This document shows positions 26,140-39,095 of a stretch of DNA of 64,000 nt, piece after piece. This DNA is from Macrostomum lignano (taxonomy: Eukaryota): the NCBI GenBank assembly GCA_002269645.1, contig NIVC01002126.1:30316-94315 (forward strand). Reading direction: 5' to 3'. The translations under genes and the position numbers were made by a program. The notes below the pieces were generated by a model that worked only from the letters and a program-made list of their open reading frames with translations, did not search any database and was not told the origin of the DNA. The stretch's first letter is position 1. Each line of letters starts with the position of its first letter.

Positions 26140-28139
26140 ATGAAGCGTAACAACGACGGCCTAGTTCTTCTCTACGATGCGGCTATGCTATTAGAACAGC
26201 ATAGTCTGGGACCAATCGGGCCTATTCCTATTGTCAATGCTAACCAAAGTTTCAGTAGCCATGGTATTGTTAAACGGTCGAGTAAAACCGCGGATACGGT
26301 GGAACGTGCTCATGGTTTAACACGTAAGTAATTGATTACCTTGTCCATTGTCCTTAATTCTTATATTACGTTTGTAAATAGCAAATTTCTTGCTACTACT
26401 GAGGAATACGACTCTTGACTTTAGGTACTGCCAGTCAGCCATTACCGCAATCATTTCGAACAGCTCCAGGCTTTTATAGGCCTAATCATAATATTTCATT
26501 AACTGGCATCACCGCAGCGGCTATGCCCATAGTTTCCATGGCAACAGATCCTACTCTACAACTGCGGCCTAATAACTATTGGTCTTTAGCTTCAACATCA
26601 ACCATAGCAGCAGCAACAGCCAGTTCTGCATCAACATTTTCACCGAGTCCAACTAAACAGCGACTGTCTGCCACCACTATTCGAACAAGTCACAATGAGC
26701 TCGAAAAGATAAGGTAACTTTCTCTGCTGCCTACCCGCCGTGCGACTTAGTTTGCTCCTAGTGTATTAATATTCATTCAGTTTATTAGGAGGCCTACGCC
26801 TAGGCAGATCTGTCAGCTATCAATCAAGTTGGCTAAAGCTATCTCGTCTCCATTCTCGTCCGGTTTTCAACAAAGCCCAATGCCCCAATTGTTGTCACGT
26901 GTCTTCTAGCTTTGCCCTCATCATTTGATTGACAGGACAGGCCGGTCATCTAATGCTCTCCTGCATGAGAGAGAAAGCCTGCTTCTGTCATTCAGTAATT
27001 TTATTTTTATGACTTTAATCAATCTAGTTATAATCAACTATTACTAATCCACTGGCTCTTCAATTCGTTTGAAATTTGAAGCATTGAATAATGATTGGGG
27101 CTAAAAATGTGAGAAAAATGCTGAAAATCCTATGTTTTGATTGAGGATTCCTAGAATTACGTCCGGGGAAATTTGCGGGGATCAGAGTCCCAGAATCCCG
27201 AAATCCATATTCAGGCTATTAAAATTGGACTTTAGGGGATCAGAATCCCAGAATCCATATTCGGGCTGTGAAAATTGGAATTCAGGGGATCAGAATCCCA
27301 GAATCCATGCATATTCGGGCTGTGAAAATTGTAATTCAGGGGATCAGAATCCCAGAATTCATATTCGGGCTGTGTAAATTGGAATTTAGGGGATCAGAAT
27401 CCATATTCGGGCTGTGAAAATTGGACTTTAAGGGATCAGAATCCCAGAATCCATTAACATTCCTCACTAATCCCTCTACTTTAATTTCCCGATATGCCAG
27501 GCGAGCCAAGCTGCGTACCAGTATCGACCAGCTGAAAAGCAGACTGCCGGCACTGCGAGGTCGAGTTACTATGCTCACTGTGCTCAAACGCGCCTGCACT
27601 TTTGTGAAGGTTTGTGAAATTGAGAAATCTTTGAGAAACCAAATTCTGCAAAATATTTAATCCTTCAATTATATATTTATGCTCCGCTCCGGTCAGGATT
27701 TGGAGCAGAAATCCGAGGAGCAGCGCGCCCAGCTTCGCCAGCTCGAACGCCGCCGCATGGAGCTGAAGATGCGGCGCGGCCAGCTGACGCGACTTCTGCG
27801 CCGATTAAAAAAACAGGCAGCGGACGCCGCTGGCGCTTCGTCGACTTCCAACGTTTCAGAGGCTGCCAAATCGTTTGGCGCAAAAAAATTGCGGCCTCTG
27901 ACTTCAGCAATGCCGTCGGTTGAAAGCGGCGACAAGTCCAGTTTTAAAGCCGCAGTCGCTTCTTCGAAACAGCCATCTGCTGCTACCGGACTGTCCTGGC
28001 TGGGCTCTGCGAGTAACGCTGGTCAGTGTCTGCCTGTGTCTGTCTGCCTGCCTGCCTGTCTGTCTGTCTGTGTGTCTGTCTGTGTCTGTCTGTCTGTCTG
28101 TCTGTCTGTCACTCTATATATATATCACTATATCTATCC

Positions 28140-28174
<35 letters not shown>

Positions 28175-30296
28175 ATTCAGATGTGCAATAATTAATAATA
28201 TAAATTCAACTCTGTGCTCAAGTGGCCTATAGTGCATAGCTGTGATTGAATACAAGAGGAAAACGTATTGTTTGGACGGTTCTGACATAAATTCGGAATA
28301 TTAAATTATAGACTTGAATGGATAAGACTGGCTGATGTTGTTTATTATTACACTGGATCACAGATCGTTTATCTCCTCTTTTTCTTTCCCTCTGTCTCAC
28401 TGTGCGCCTGTATCCTGAGTACAAAATCTGCGAATAAGGATCTCAATGCTATCTGTGTTAAATTCTTAACTATGATTATTATTTGCATGTCGGTAATGAT
28501 TAACAATATGGTATTTGCAGTATTAGTAAGACCTGTATAATTAAATGCTGCACATTATGCATCCCTTTCTTCAGCATTTTTCTGAGCAGTTCCCCTTTCA
28601 ACTTAAGGCTGACTTCCCTTTTGCCCTTTTTCCCACCTCCCATTGTCCCATCTTCGCCTGTTTTTCCATCTCCACCTCCTGTATTCCGATCTCCCTATCC
28701 TATTTTCCGATCCCCACCTCCCAGTTTTCCCATCTCCACCTCCTGTATTCCGATCTCCCTATCCTATTTTCCGATCCCCACCTCCCAGTTTTCCCATCTC
28801 CACCTCCTATTGTCCCATCTCCACCTCCCAGTTTTCCCATCCCCACCTCCCATTGTCCCATCCCCACCTCCCATTGTCCCATCCCCACCTCCCACTTTTC
28901 CCATCTTTACCTCCCATTGTCCCATCCCCACCTCCCAGTTTTCCCATCCCCACCTCCCAGTTTTCCCATCCCACCTCCCACTTTTCCCATCCCCACCTCC
29001 CAGTTTTCCCATCCCACCTCCCACTTTTCCCATCCCCACCTCCCAGTTTTCCCATCCCCACCTCCACTTTTCCCATCTTTACCTCCCATTGTCCCATCCC
29101 CACCTCCCACTTTTCCCATCTTTACCTCCCATTGTCCCATCCCCACCTCCCAGTTTTCCCATCCCCACCTCCCACTTTTCCCACCCCCACCTCCCAGTTT
29201 TCCCATCTTCACCTCCCATTGTCCCATCTCAACCTTCCAGTTTTCCCATCTCCACCTCCCATTGTCCCATCCCCACCTCCCAATTTTCCCATCTTTACCT
29301 CCCATTGTCCCATCCCCACCTTCCAGTTTTCCCATTTTTACCTCCCATTGTCCCATCTCCACCTTCCAGTTTTCCCATCTTTACCTCCCATTGTCCCATC
29401 TCCACCTTCCAAATTTTCCCATCTTTACCTCCCATTGTCCCATCTCCACCTTCCAGTTTTCCCATTTTTACCTCCCATTGTCCCATCTTCACCTTCCAGT
29501 TTTCTTATCTTTACCTCCCATTGTCCCATCTCCACCTTCCAGTTTTCCCATCTTTACCTCCCATTGTCCCATCTCCACCTTCCAGTTTTCCCATCTTTAC
29601 CTCCCATTGTCCCATCCCCACCTCCCAGTTTTCCCATTTTTACCTCCCATTGTCCCATCTCCACCTTCCAGTTTTCCCATCTTTACCTCCCATTGTCCCA
29701 TCCCCACCTCCCAGTTTTCCCATTTTTACCTCCCATTGTCCCATCCCCACCTCCCAGTTTTCCCATCTTTACCTCCCATTGTCCCATCCCCACCTCCCAG
29801 TTTTCCCATCTTTACCTCCCATTGTCCCATCCCCACCTCCCAGTTTTCCCATTTTTACCTCCCATTGTCCCATCCCCACCTTCCAGTTTTCCCATCTTTA
29901 CCTCCCATTGTCCCATCCCCACCTCCCAGTTTTCCCATCTTTACCTCCCATTGTCCCATCTCCACCTTCCAGTTTTCCCATCTTTACCTCCTGTTTTCAA
30001 ATCTCTATCTCTAGTCTCCTGTTTTGCCATATCCAACTCCTGTTCTCCCATCCCATTTCCATCTCGAACATCTCTTTTCCCATTTTTTTACCTCCTTTTA
30101 TGCTTTACCTTCGTTAACTTTTGTTTGTTTTCCAGATGACTTCGCAGCCTACAGGAAACTCGTTCGCTGTCCAATTCCTTACAAAAGCCAACAGACAGTG
30201 GCTGCTGCTGCAGCCGCCGCAGGTTCAGTTAATAGTCCAGACTCTGGCTATGTTAGTCCGCAGAATGCGTCCCAGCCAAACGGTGCCAATCGTTGA
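26140..30296 (+). CDS. Mad/Mxi/Mnt-family bHLH-leucine zipper transcriptional repressor, 5 exons
   Basis: Exons 26140-26323, 26425-26713, 27501-27609, 27697-28021 and 30136-30296 join with GT-AG sites in phases 1, 2, 0, 1. N-terminal LVLLYDAAMLLEQ resembles the Sin3-interaction domain; basic region RTSHNELEKIRRAKLR; HLH LKSRLP...LTVLKRACTFVK; zipper LEQKSEEQRAQLRQLERRRMELK. Confidence 0.88.
27150..27460. repeat. Degenerate ~50-bp repeats in intron 2 of the bHLH gene
   Basis: GGGGATCAGAATCCCAGAATCCATATTCGGGCTGTGAAAATTG repeated. Confidence 0.85.
28030..28175. repeat. (TGTC)n plus (ATCT)n microsatellites
   Basis: Visible at the start of intron 4. Confidence 0.9.
28640..30000. repeat. Pyrimidine-rich ~41-bp minisatellite filling intron 4 of the bHLH gene
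   Basis: CCCATTGTCCCATCTCCACCTCCCAGTTTTCCCATCTTTACCT-type units; explains three overlapping Pro-rich ORFs. Confidence 0.92.
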
Positions 30297-32994
30297 GTTT
30301 TATTAATTATATCGTTCGATCGGTTTAAGCATAGTAAGCATAACAATTGACCTGAATGACGGATTGGCTGGTTCTCTATCTTAGCTTATTCATTGTTTTG
30401 TTCTTTGTGTTTTATTAGACTGTTCACCGACTGTACCTGCGAATGCTCTGCAGTGTTGCATGCCTAACTTTGGATGGCCAGGGACTACTCAAACACCGGG
30501 ACGGGAAACTAGGAATTTTTTACGAGGCTGGTCTTTTATCAGCAGTAGAAAATAACCATAGACAACAAAGTAACACAGCATCTCTCTAATGAAAATAATT
30601 TCCAGCCAGCCTCGTAAAAATTTTAGTTTCCCGTCCCGATGTTTGAGTAGTCCCTGGTATGGCATTGCAGTTTTCAACCGTCTGTTACTGGTTTTTTCTT
30701 CTCTCTCCCCCTCCCCCCTCATCTCTTCTCTCTCCTCCTCTCATCTCTTCTCCCTCCCCTCATCTCTTTTCTCCACTCAATTCTTCCTCTCTATCCTCTT
30801 CTCTCTCCCCTCACCTCTTCCTTCCTCTTCTGCTCATCTCCTCTCCATTTATCTCTTCTCTTTCCTGTCCTTATCTCTTCTTTCTCCCCTCATTTCCTCT
30901 CTCCTCTTCTCTCTCTCGCTCATCTCTTTCTTCGTTTTCTGCTCATCTCTCCATTCATTTCTTCTCTCCCACATCTCTTCCTCTCGTATTTATCGTATCG
31001 TATTGCATATTTTTCTACTTTTTGCAAGTCCAATTCTAAACCTCTACCGTATGATATACTACTGACAACTGAATGCAGCCAATAAGTAGGCTTTTTGTAT
31101 TTAATATTTTGCTAATTGTCGTGAAAAACACAGTAAATCTACGATTTGCGTTGTTTTTTAACCTGACTGACAGGCAACTGTTACCTTGATGACGTCATGA
31201 TTATACTCATTCGTATTCAACGATGTTGTTAATTGTATATGCTATCAATAAACTTATAGATAATCTTTAACGTACTTCTTTTAGTCAATCTGCATGTACT
31301 TGTAGTGACAGTGTGTATTATGCTCCGCAGTAATTTAAAACATACAATTTTTAATAGCCCAAGTTTTCAGTGTTATACTCTCAAGAGTTTCAGAAGACGG
31401 CATTTTTACAGGACATGATTGAACACTATTATCAGGGCTATGTACTAAGCTATTATGATACTACTGGAAGTGTGATAAATTCCATTTATTAGTTTACTAA
31501 GTTATTTTATTTATGAACTAAAAACAGCTGTTTGATTCTGGTATTTTTTCTTACTTTGTTATGTAACCCCTAAGAAAATTTTTCTATTGCAATAATTGAT
31601 TTTCTTTTTCAATCACCTGTCTGCAATTGTATTGAATGGATTGACTAATTATTAATATTAATCAGTGACTTCTCTACCGCTTGTTTGTCTGAAAAAAACA
31701 CAATTTTAAATACACAGTAGCAGTCCTTATGCGTGACTTACGCGCAAACAGTATGGAATTAATTATTTTACACAACATATCGGTAAATTGAAAAAAACAC
31801 AAGTCCAAGAACAATGGCAAATTATTAACTGAATAAATATTTGTAGATCTTTTAGCCGTCACACAAAAAGGGTAAATTGCACAATTTATTACCAATAGAA
31901 GTTTTAGTCATTCTAGTCTACAGTGCTACTTACAGTAAGTAGTAGGCCCCAGCAGTGATAATTCAGTAAAATGACATTAGGAACAGGTAGCTCTCTTTAT
32001 TGAAGATGCAGCACATTCACATTAGTGCACAGAACAATATTGCTTCACCAAAAATTCGCATTATTTTTCTACCTACTACTAGACAAAAAATCGGGCAAAT
32101 TAAGTAGTATATAGCGGTTGCGATAGATACGATATCTTTTGGAACCGAAGAAAGCGTCAGTAATAATGAAACTATAACAAAAGACAACTATTGTACCACA
32201 TGTAGACCTTAGTTAATGAAGCGATAAGCATAATGTATCGGAGTAAAAAATTGTAATGTAATGGTAATGTAACAATTTATTGCATTTCTGTTGACTGTTA
32301 AAGAAGAAAAAGCTTCAGAAACAGCATATGGCGACCGGAACTACAATAAATTTTAAAATATCAAATTGCGACGGTTGGAAGCTGTTTCTACAAATAGAGA
32401 ATGTAAATTAACTATATGCATGCACTATTGTATAGGGATAGGCCAATTACCATATTTAGCTGTTGTAAACAAAATTGCTGAAAAATACGCCATTCATTTA
32501 CGTTTTTGCTGGCACTAGATTGCGTAATAGAGTCTTGCAGCTGATAAAAAATAGATCGGAATAGATTACTTTCTACCTATTTTCACCTATTCCTACCTAT
32601 TGCGTACTAGGTAGAACGCAAGCAAGCGTCTAAGACAGTAAAAACTAGAAAGCAGAACTGAGCACAGATATTTAGCTGTCGAGTCTTGGACAGACTAGAT
32701 AACTCATTATTGTATTTATATCAACTTTGTGACCGTTACGAAAGCATTGTAAATTCTTTTCAAGTAAATTCAGTGATAATAAAAATTAATTACCCAGTAT
32801 AGATGTAAACTTGGCGATTTGTATATTAACAACCAAAGCGTTGAATAAAGCATAGTTAGTTAAAAATGTATGAAAAAGTTATTATTGAAAGCTGTTAATC
32901 TACTTTATTGTTTGGCTTATCATTGGTTGCCATTAGTTATATTTAGCAATTGCAGTGAGTTTGGCAAGCGACTGAACAGAGAAGAGTGTAAATT

Positions 32995-33570
32995 AAGTAG
33001 TCTTAGATAGGCTGGCTAGGGTAAGAGGGGTGGCTGATATGGGGTCAGGGAGCGAGTGTACACTGAGTCTTAGATTGGCTGGCAGGGTTAAGAGGGGTGA
33101 CTGATTTGGGGGTCAGGGAGCGAGTGTACACCGAGTCTTTGATTGGCTGGCTAGGTTAAGAGGGGTGGCTGATATGGGGTCAGGGAGCGAGTGTACACTG
33201 AGTCTTTGATTGGCTGGCTAGGGTAAGAGGGGTGGCTGATATGGGGTCAGGAAGCGAGTGTACACTGAGTCTTTGATTGGCTGGCAGGGGTAAGAGGGGT
33301 GGCTGATATGGGGTCAGGAAGCGAGTGTACACTGAGTCTTTGATTGGCTGGCAGGGGTAAGAGGGGTGGCTGATATGGGGTCAGGAAGCGAGTGTACACT
33401 GAGTCTTTGATTGGCTGGCAGGGGTAAGAGGGGTGGCTGATATGGGGTCAGGAAGCGAGTGTACACTGAGTCTTTGATTGGCTGGCAGGGGTAAGAGGGG
33501 TGGCTGATATGGGGTCAGGAAGCGAGTGTACACTGAGTCTTTGATTGGCTGGCAGGGTTAAGAGGGGTAG
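32995..33570. repeat. 67-bp tandem repeat (~9 units)
   Basis: TACACTGAGT recurs at 33261 and 33328. Confidence 0.93.
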
Positions 33571-34184
33571 TTGACTTAGTGGGTCAAGCAAATTTTAGAT
33601 GCAGTTTTCCCCTAAAAAAACCACACAGATGATTAATGTTGCCTTTATTATATGGTATGATACAATGACCGGCACAGCCAAGCACGCGAAAAGAACTAGT
33701 TATCAAGCTGTTCAAGTGAAGAATATTTAATAAAAGACACACTAAGAATGAGAAATATACGAGCCTTAGTTTTGAAAAACTGCAGTAGTTGCAAACTGGC
33801 AATGCAGAAAAAATAGACAAAAAATAATTCCAACCAAATTTTCATCCATGACTTGAATCCAACACCTCACCGTGAATTCGTACCGAAAATGTCAGAATAT
33901 TTACAACTGAAGTTTTACACGTGAAAAGTACACATAAACATAGGAATAATAATTTCAATTAGAATTAACTAATCAATCATAATCAAGACGGTGACAGCAT
34001 GTAAACATTAATCGATGAAGGTCAAGACTGCCATGAGCATTTTTTGTCCCATACCTGATACTTCTGGAGCATATTTAACTGGTCTCAGGTCAGGCTTAAG
34101 ATTGAGACCCCAGATTTCCATCTATAGTATAGAGCTTAATTAAAGATTACACAATACGCAAATGAAAAGCAATCCTGTCTACAG

Positions 34185-34300
34185 TGTCTGTCTTGGTGTC
34201 TTCTGTCTGTCTGTCTGTCTGTCTTGGTGTCTTCTGTCTGTCTGTCTGTCTGTCTTGGTGTCTTCTGTCTGCATGTCTGTCTGTCTGTCTGTCTGTCTGT
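34185..34300. repeat. (TGTC)n-type microsatellite
   Basis: Visible. Confidence 0.85.
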
Positions 34301-34435
34301 CCTTCCTTCGTATTAGCTCACGAAAGCCTTTCACAGCCTACTAAAATGGTCAAAATAATTGCCGATTCATCCAGCGAGATTGTCAAATTCCACTTTCACG
34401 GCGCTCCTCAATAACACACAGTCATGGCTAATATC

Positions 34436-37400
34436 TTAGCGCCGCTTTTTACCATCCGGCCTAGCCTCCGCCACAGCCGCTGGAAAGTACTCTCTGTACC
34501 GTTGCGTAAGATAGGTTGGCAACCAGGCAACCAGGCAGCACGAATAGGGCACGATGTACTTTTGAGCGAAGCACATTAGATCGCTGGCACCGCCCGGCTG
34601 GCTGGGCAGGCACAGCAGCAGCATAGCGCACAGTATGTGCCCGGCAAAGTACATAGCCGACCAAAACCTCAAAGCGTAGCCCATCTCCAATAGGAAAAAC
34701 ACTCCCTGAGCATAGTTCTGAGCTAGATTGGCGCACAATCCAGTCAGACAGTCGTAAGCCAAGCTGGCACTTCGACTAGATTGAAAGTGCGGCCGCACTA
34801 ACCTTCGGACACGTCTGGCCGTGAAGGTGAACACGGCGAAGGTGACAAAGAAGCAATAGTAGCCGGGGTAAAAACCGTGCCACAGGGCGGACAGGGCGAA
34901 GGTCAGCAGGGTGGCGTGACGCCCGGGGCTGCGTTCGTACACGAGCTCGCGGAGCCACCTGCGGGATGAGAGAGTGAAATCTCAGCCTGTTGAGACTCTA
35001 ACTGATGGAAATCTTATCCCATTGAGACTCTAACTGATGGAAATCTCATCCCATTGAGACTCTAACTGATGGAAATCTCAGCCCGTTGAGACTCTAACTG
35101 ATGGAAATCTCATCACTTTGAGACTCTAACTGATGGAAATCTCATCCCTTTGAGACTCTAACTGATGGAAATCTCATCCCATTGAGACTCTAACTGATGG
35201 AAATCTCATCCCATTGAGACTCTAACTGATGGAAATCTCATCCCTTTGAGACTCTAACTGATGGAAATCTCATCCCATTGAGACTCTAACTGATGGAAAT
35301 CTCATCCCATTGAGACTCTAACTGATGGAAATCTTATCCCATTGAGACTCTAACTGATGGAAATCTCATCCCATTGAGACTCTAATTGATGGAAATCTCA
35401 TCCCATTGAGACTCTAACTGATGGAAATCTCATCCCATTGAGACTCTAACTGATGGAAATCTCATCACATTGAGACTCTAACTGATGGAAATCTCATCCC
35501 TTTGAGACTCTAACTGATGGAAATCTCATCCCTTTGAGACTCTAACTGATGGAAATCTCATCCCTTTGAGACTCTAACTGATGGAAATCTCATCCCATTG
35601 AGACTCTAACTGATGGAAATCTCATCCCATTGAGACTCTAACTGATGGAAATCTCATCCCACTGAGACTCTAACTGATGGAAATCTCAATCCCACTGAGA
35701 CTCTAGCTGATGGAAATCTCATCCCATTGAGATACTGACATTTGAATATCTTAACTATAAAGTCTCACTTCAATAGATTAAACAACCCACCCCAACAATG
35801 CCAGTCTCACAATGCGGCACTAACCTGGCAGTTGACACATTCCAACCGGCCACAACAGCTCGAATACTGGTGCCAAATTCGACGTCTTTGAAAAAGAAGC
35901 TTTTAGCCAGATCGTATCGCGGCTTGCCAGTAGACGGATCGGTGCCGCTGAAGCCGAACCCGTGGGCCAGACAGGCCGCCTCCGCCAGGGACCAGGCGAA
36001 GTAGTACTTGCAGCGGACCAGGAAGAATGCACCGCTGACGTATAGAATTCGACGAGGCAGACTGAGCTGGGCGAAAGTGTCCGAGACAACCTGAGAAGGT
36101 GGGTAGGCTGGTTAAATCTTGTCATTTTCTGTAGCGATTTTCCCATAAAGCCATAGGATTTTCCTTTAAAGCTTAGGGATTTTTCATTGAAGCTTAGGGA
36201 TTTTCCTTTGAAGCTTAGGGATTTTTCATTGAAGCTTAGGGATTTTCCTTTGAAGCTTAGGGATTTTTCATTGAAGCTTAGGGATTTTCCTTTGAAGCTT
36301 AGGGATTTTTCATTGAAGCTTAGGGATTTTCCTTTGAAGCTTAGGGATTTTTCATTGAAGCTTAGGGATTTTTCATTGAAGCTTAGGGATTTTCCTTTGA
36401 AGCTTAGGGATTTTTCATTGAAGCTTAGGGATTTTCCTTTGAAGCTTAGGGATTTTTCATTGAAGCTTAGGGATTTTCCTTTGAAGCTTAGGGATTTTTC
36501 ATTGAAGCTTAGGGATTTTCCTTTGAAGCTTAGGGATTTTCCTTTGAAGCTTAGGGATTTTTCATTGAAGCTTAGGGATTTTCCTTTGAAGCTTAGGGAT
36601 TTTCCTTTGAAGCTTAGGGATTTTTCATTGAAGCTTAGGGACTTTTCATTGAAGCTTAGGGATTTTCCTTTGAAGCTTAGGGATTTTTCATTGAAGCTTA
36701 GGGATTTTCCTTTGAAGCTTAGGGATTTTTCATTGAAGCTTAGGGATTTTCCTTTGAAGCTTAGGGATTTTTCATTGAAGCTTAGGGATTTTTCATTGAA
36801 GCTTTGGGATTTTCCTTTGAAGCTTAGGGATTTTTCATTGAAGCTTAGGGATTTTCCTTTGAAGCTTTGGGATTTTTCATTGAAGCTTAGGGATTTTCCT
36901 TTGAAGCTTTGGGATTTTTCATTGAAGCTTTGGGATTTTTCATTGAAGCTTAGGGATTTTCCTTTGAAGCTTAGGGATTTTCCTTTGAAGCTTAGGGATT
37001 TTTCATTGAAGCTTAGGGATTTTCCTTTGAAGCTTTGGGTTTTTTCATTGAAGCTTTGGGATTTTCCTTTGAAGGTTTGGGGATTCTACAATAATGCTAC
37101 GGAATTCCCCAAATTAAAGCTACGGAATTCCCCATATTAAAGCTACGGAATACCCCAAATTAAAGCTACGGAATTCCCCATATTAAAGCTACGGAATACC
37201 CCAAATTAAAGCTACGGAATTTCCCATATTAAAGCTACGGAATACCCCAAATTAAAGCTACGGAATTCCCCATATTAAAGCTACGGAATACCCCAAATTA
37301 AAGCTACGGAATTTCCCATATTAAAGCTACAGAATTTCCGAAATAAAAGCTACGGAATTCCCCATAATCTGGCTACGGAATTTCCCGAACCAAACCAATC

Positions 37401-38681
37401 AAAGCAAATTACACTTACCCAATAGTAAGGCAGCATCGGTCCCAGTCCCAGCACCAGAAAGGAGTACAGACCTGTACAAGCCAACGCTCTGAGCACAGCT
37501 CTATTCAAATACTGCTTATCCTCATTGCTGTCAGTATGAGCTGTGAAATGAGCAATAAAGTCCGAATAGAACACGTGAGGCCCAGCCATCAGCGTTGGCA
37601 AATAGTAGGAATAAGCCAGATAGTCCAATACGGATGGCAATTCGTCCACCCGATGGCACCAGCGAGACTCGCTGCCCCGGAGGCGGCCGCGCTTTGCCAA
37701 ATGCCCGTCGTGCAGGGCCAGAGCCAGGCTGCTAAGTTTCTGAGTCAGAATCATTAAAGGGCCGGTGATGTCCATTGTGTAGCCGCCGTAGTCGTTGTAT
37801 AATCGGTAGACATGATTCGCGCTTAGGTAGGCTAGGCACCAAGCTACCGATAGCCAGGCCGGTAGGCAGCTGTCGCTAACTGGTAGGCAGTACATCAGGC
37901 AGTAGGCTACCGATGCCTGCGAGTGAGGGGGTGACGGGGAACAATTAGGAGTGACAGTTGAGGAGTGACAGTTGAGGAGTGACAGTTGAGAAGTGACAGT
38001 TGAGGAGTGACAGTTGAGTAACAGTTGAGGAGTGACAGTTGAGGAGTGACAGTTGAGAAGTGACAGTTGAGGAGTGACAGTTGAGGAGTGACAGTTGAGG
38101 AGTGACAGTTGAGGAGTGACTGTTGAAGAGTGACAGTTGAGGAGTGACAGTTGAGGAGTGACAGTTGAGGAGTGACAGTTGAGGAGTGACAGTTGAGGAG
38201 TGACAGTTGAGAAGTGACAGTTGAGGAGTGACAGTTGAGGAGTGACAGTTGAGGAGTGACAGTTGAGAAGTGACAGTTAAGGAGTGACAGTTAAGGAGTG
38301 ACAGTTAAGTGACAGTTGAAGAGTGACGGCTGAAGTTGAAGATTGACTGACTGATTCTAGGGTATAATTTGAGAATTGATAGTGTAAGAGTGAAATTCGC
38401 TACTGGAAATGTTAAAGCACCCCAAAGTAACTCACCTGAACCATCATATGAACCGACTGCAGTCCGAAGCAGAACCACAGCAGCCAGGCCCCGGCGCCAA
38501 TGTGGACCCATCGCAGTAAGTTCGATCCGCAACGAACCCTGCGCAGTGCAAAGCCAATCAATAAGGTTGCCAGCTGAGCAGCAATAAAGTTCATCTTGTC
38601 CAGACTGAGACCAGCCGCTGTGGACAGGCCAGCTAGGACGCGACTGCCTTCGTAGCTCTGCGCGTTTGATGCTAGCGGCAT
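34436..38681 (-). CDS. MBOAT-family lysophospholipid acyltransferase (MBOAT1/2, oysgedart-like), 4 exons
   Basis: Exons 38681-38436, 37916-37419, 36090-35825 and 34958-34436 join in phases 0, 0, 2. Motifs: DITGPLMILTQKLSSLA, RCKYYFAWSLAE, GWNVSTARWLRELVYER, catalytic SALWHGFYPGYY; C-terminal KKRR fits a dilysine ER-retrieval signal. Confidence 0.93.
34975..35735. repeat. 32-bp minisatellite in MBOAT intron 3
   Basis: GAAATCTCATCCCATTGAGACTCTAACTGATG repeated ~24 times. Confidence 0.95.
36150..37075. repeat. 21-bp minisatellite in MBOAT intron 2
   Basis: TTGAAGCTTAGGGATTTTCCT / TTTTCA variants; explains ORF 36187-37140. Confidence 0.95.
37095..37385. repeat. 22-bp repeat in alternating pairs, MBOAT intron 2
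   Basis: ATTAAAGCTACGGAATWCCCC units. Confidence 0.9.
37950..38330. repeat. 14-bp minisatellite in MBOAT intron 1
   Basis: GAGTGACAGTTGAG repeated. Confidence 0.93.
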
Positions 38682-38714
38682 GGCTGAGCTGAAGGGGAAG
38701 CGGGATTTGAGTGG

Positions 38715-39095
38715 ATTAACTAGAAAGGCTCATTCACTCCCATTGAGAGAGTGACAAAGAGGCTCATTCACTCCCATTGAGAGAGTGACAAAGAAGCTCA
38801 TTCACTCCCAGTGAGAGAGTGACAAAGAGGCTCATTCACTCTCAGTGAGAGAGTGACAAAGAGGCTCATTCACTCACAATGAGAGTGACAAAGAGGCTCA
38901 TTCACTCCCAATGAGAGAGTGACAAAGAGGCTCATTCACTCCCAGTGAGAGAGTGACAAAGAGGCTCATTCACTCCCAGTGAGAGAGTGACAAAGAGGCT
39001 CATTCACTCCCAATAAGAGAGTGACAAAGAGGCTCATTCACTCCCAATAAGAGAGTGACACAGAGGCTCATTCACTCCCAATGAGAGAGTGACAG
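38715..39095. repeat. 34-bp minisatellite just upstream of the MBOAT start codon
   Basis: GGCTCATTCACTCCCAATGAGAGAGTGACAAAGA repeated ~11 times. Confidence 0.93.

Noticed and set aside
28545-30139. Three ~490-aa Pro-rich ORFs
   Set aside because: Stop-free pyrimidine minisatellite open in all three frames, lying in an intron of the bHLH gene
36187-37140. (KLRDFPL)n protein
   Set aside because: 21-bp repeat antisense to and inside MBOAT intron 2
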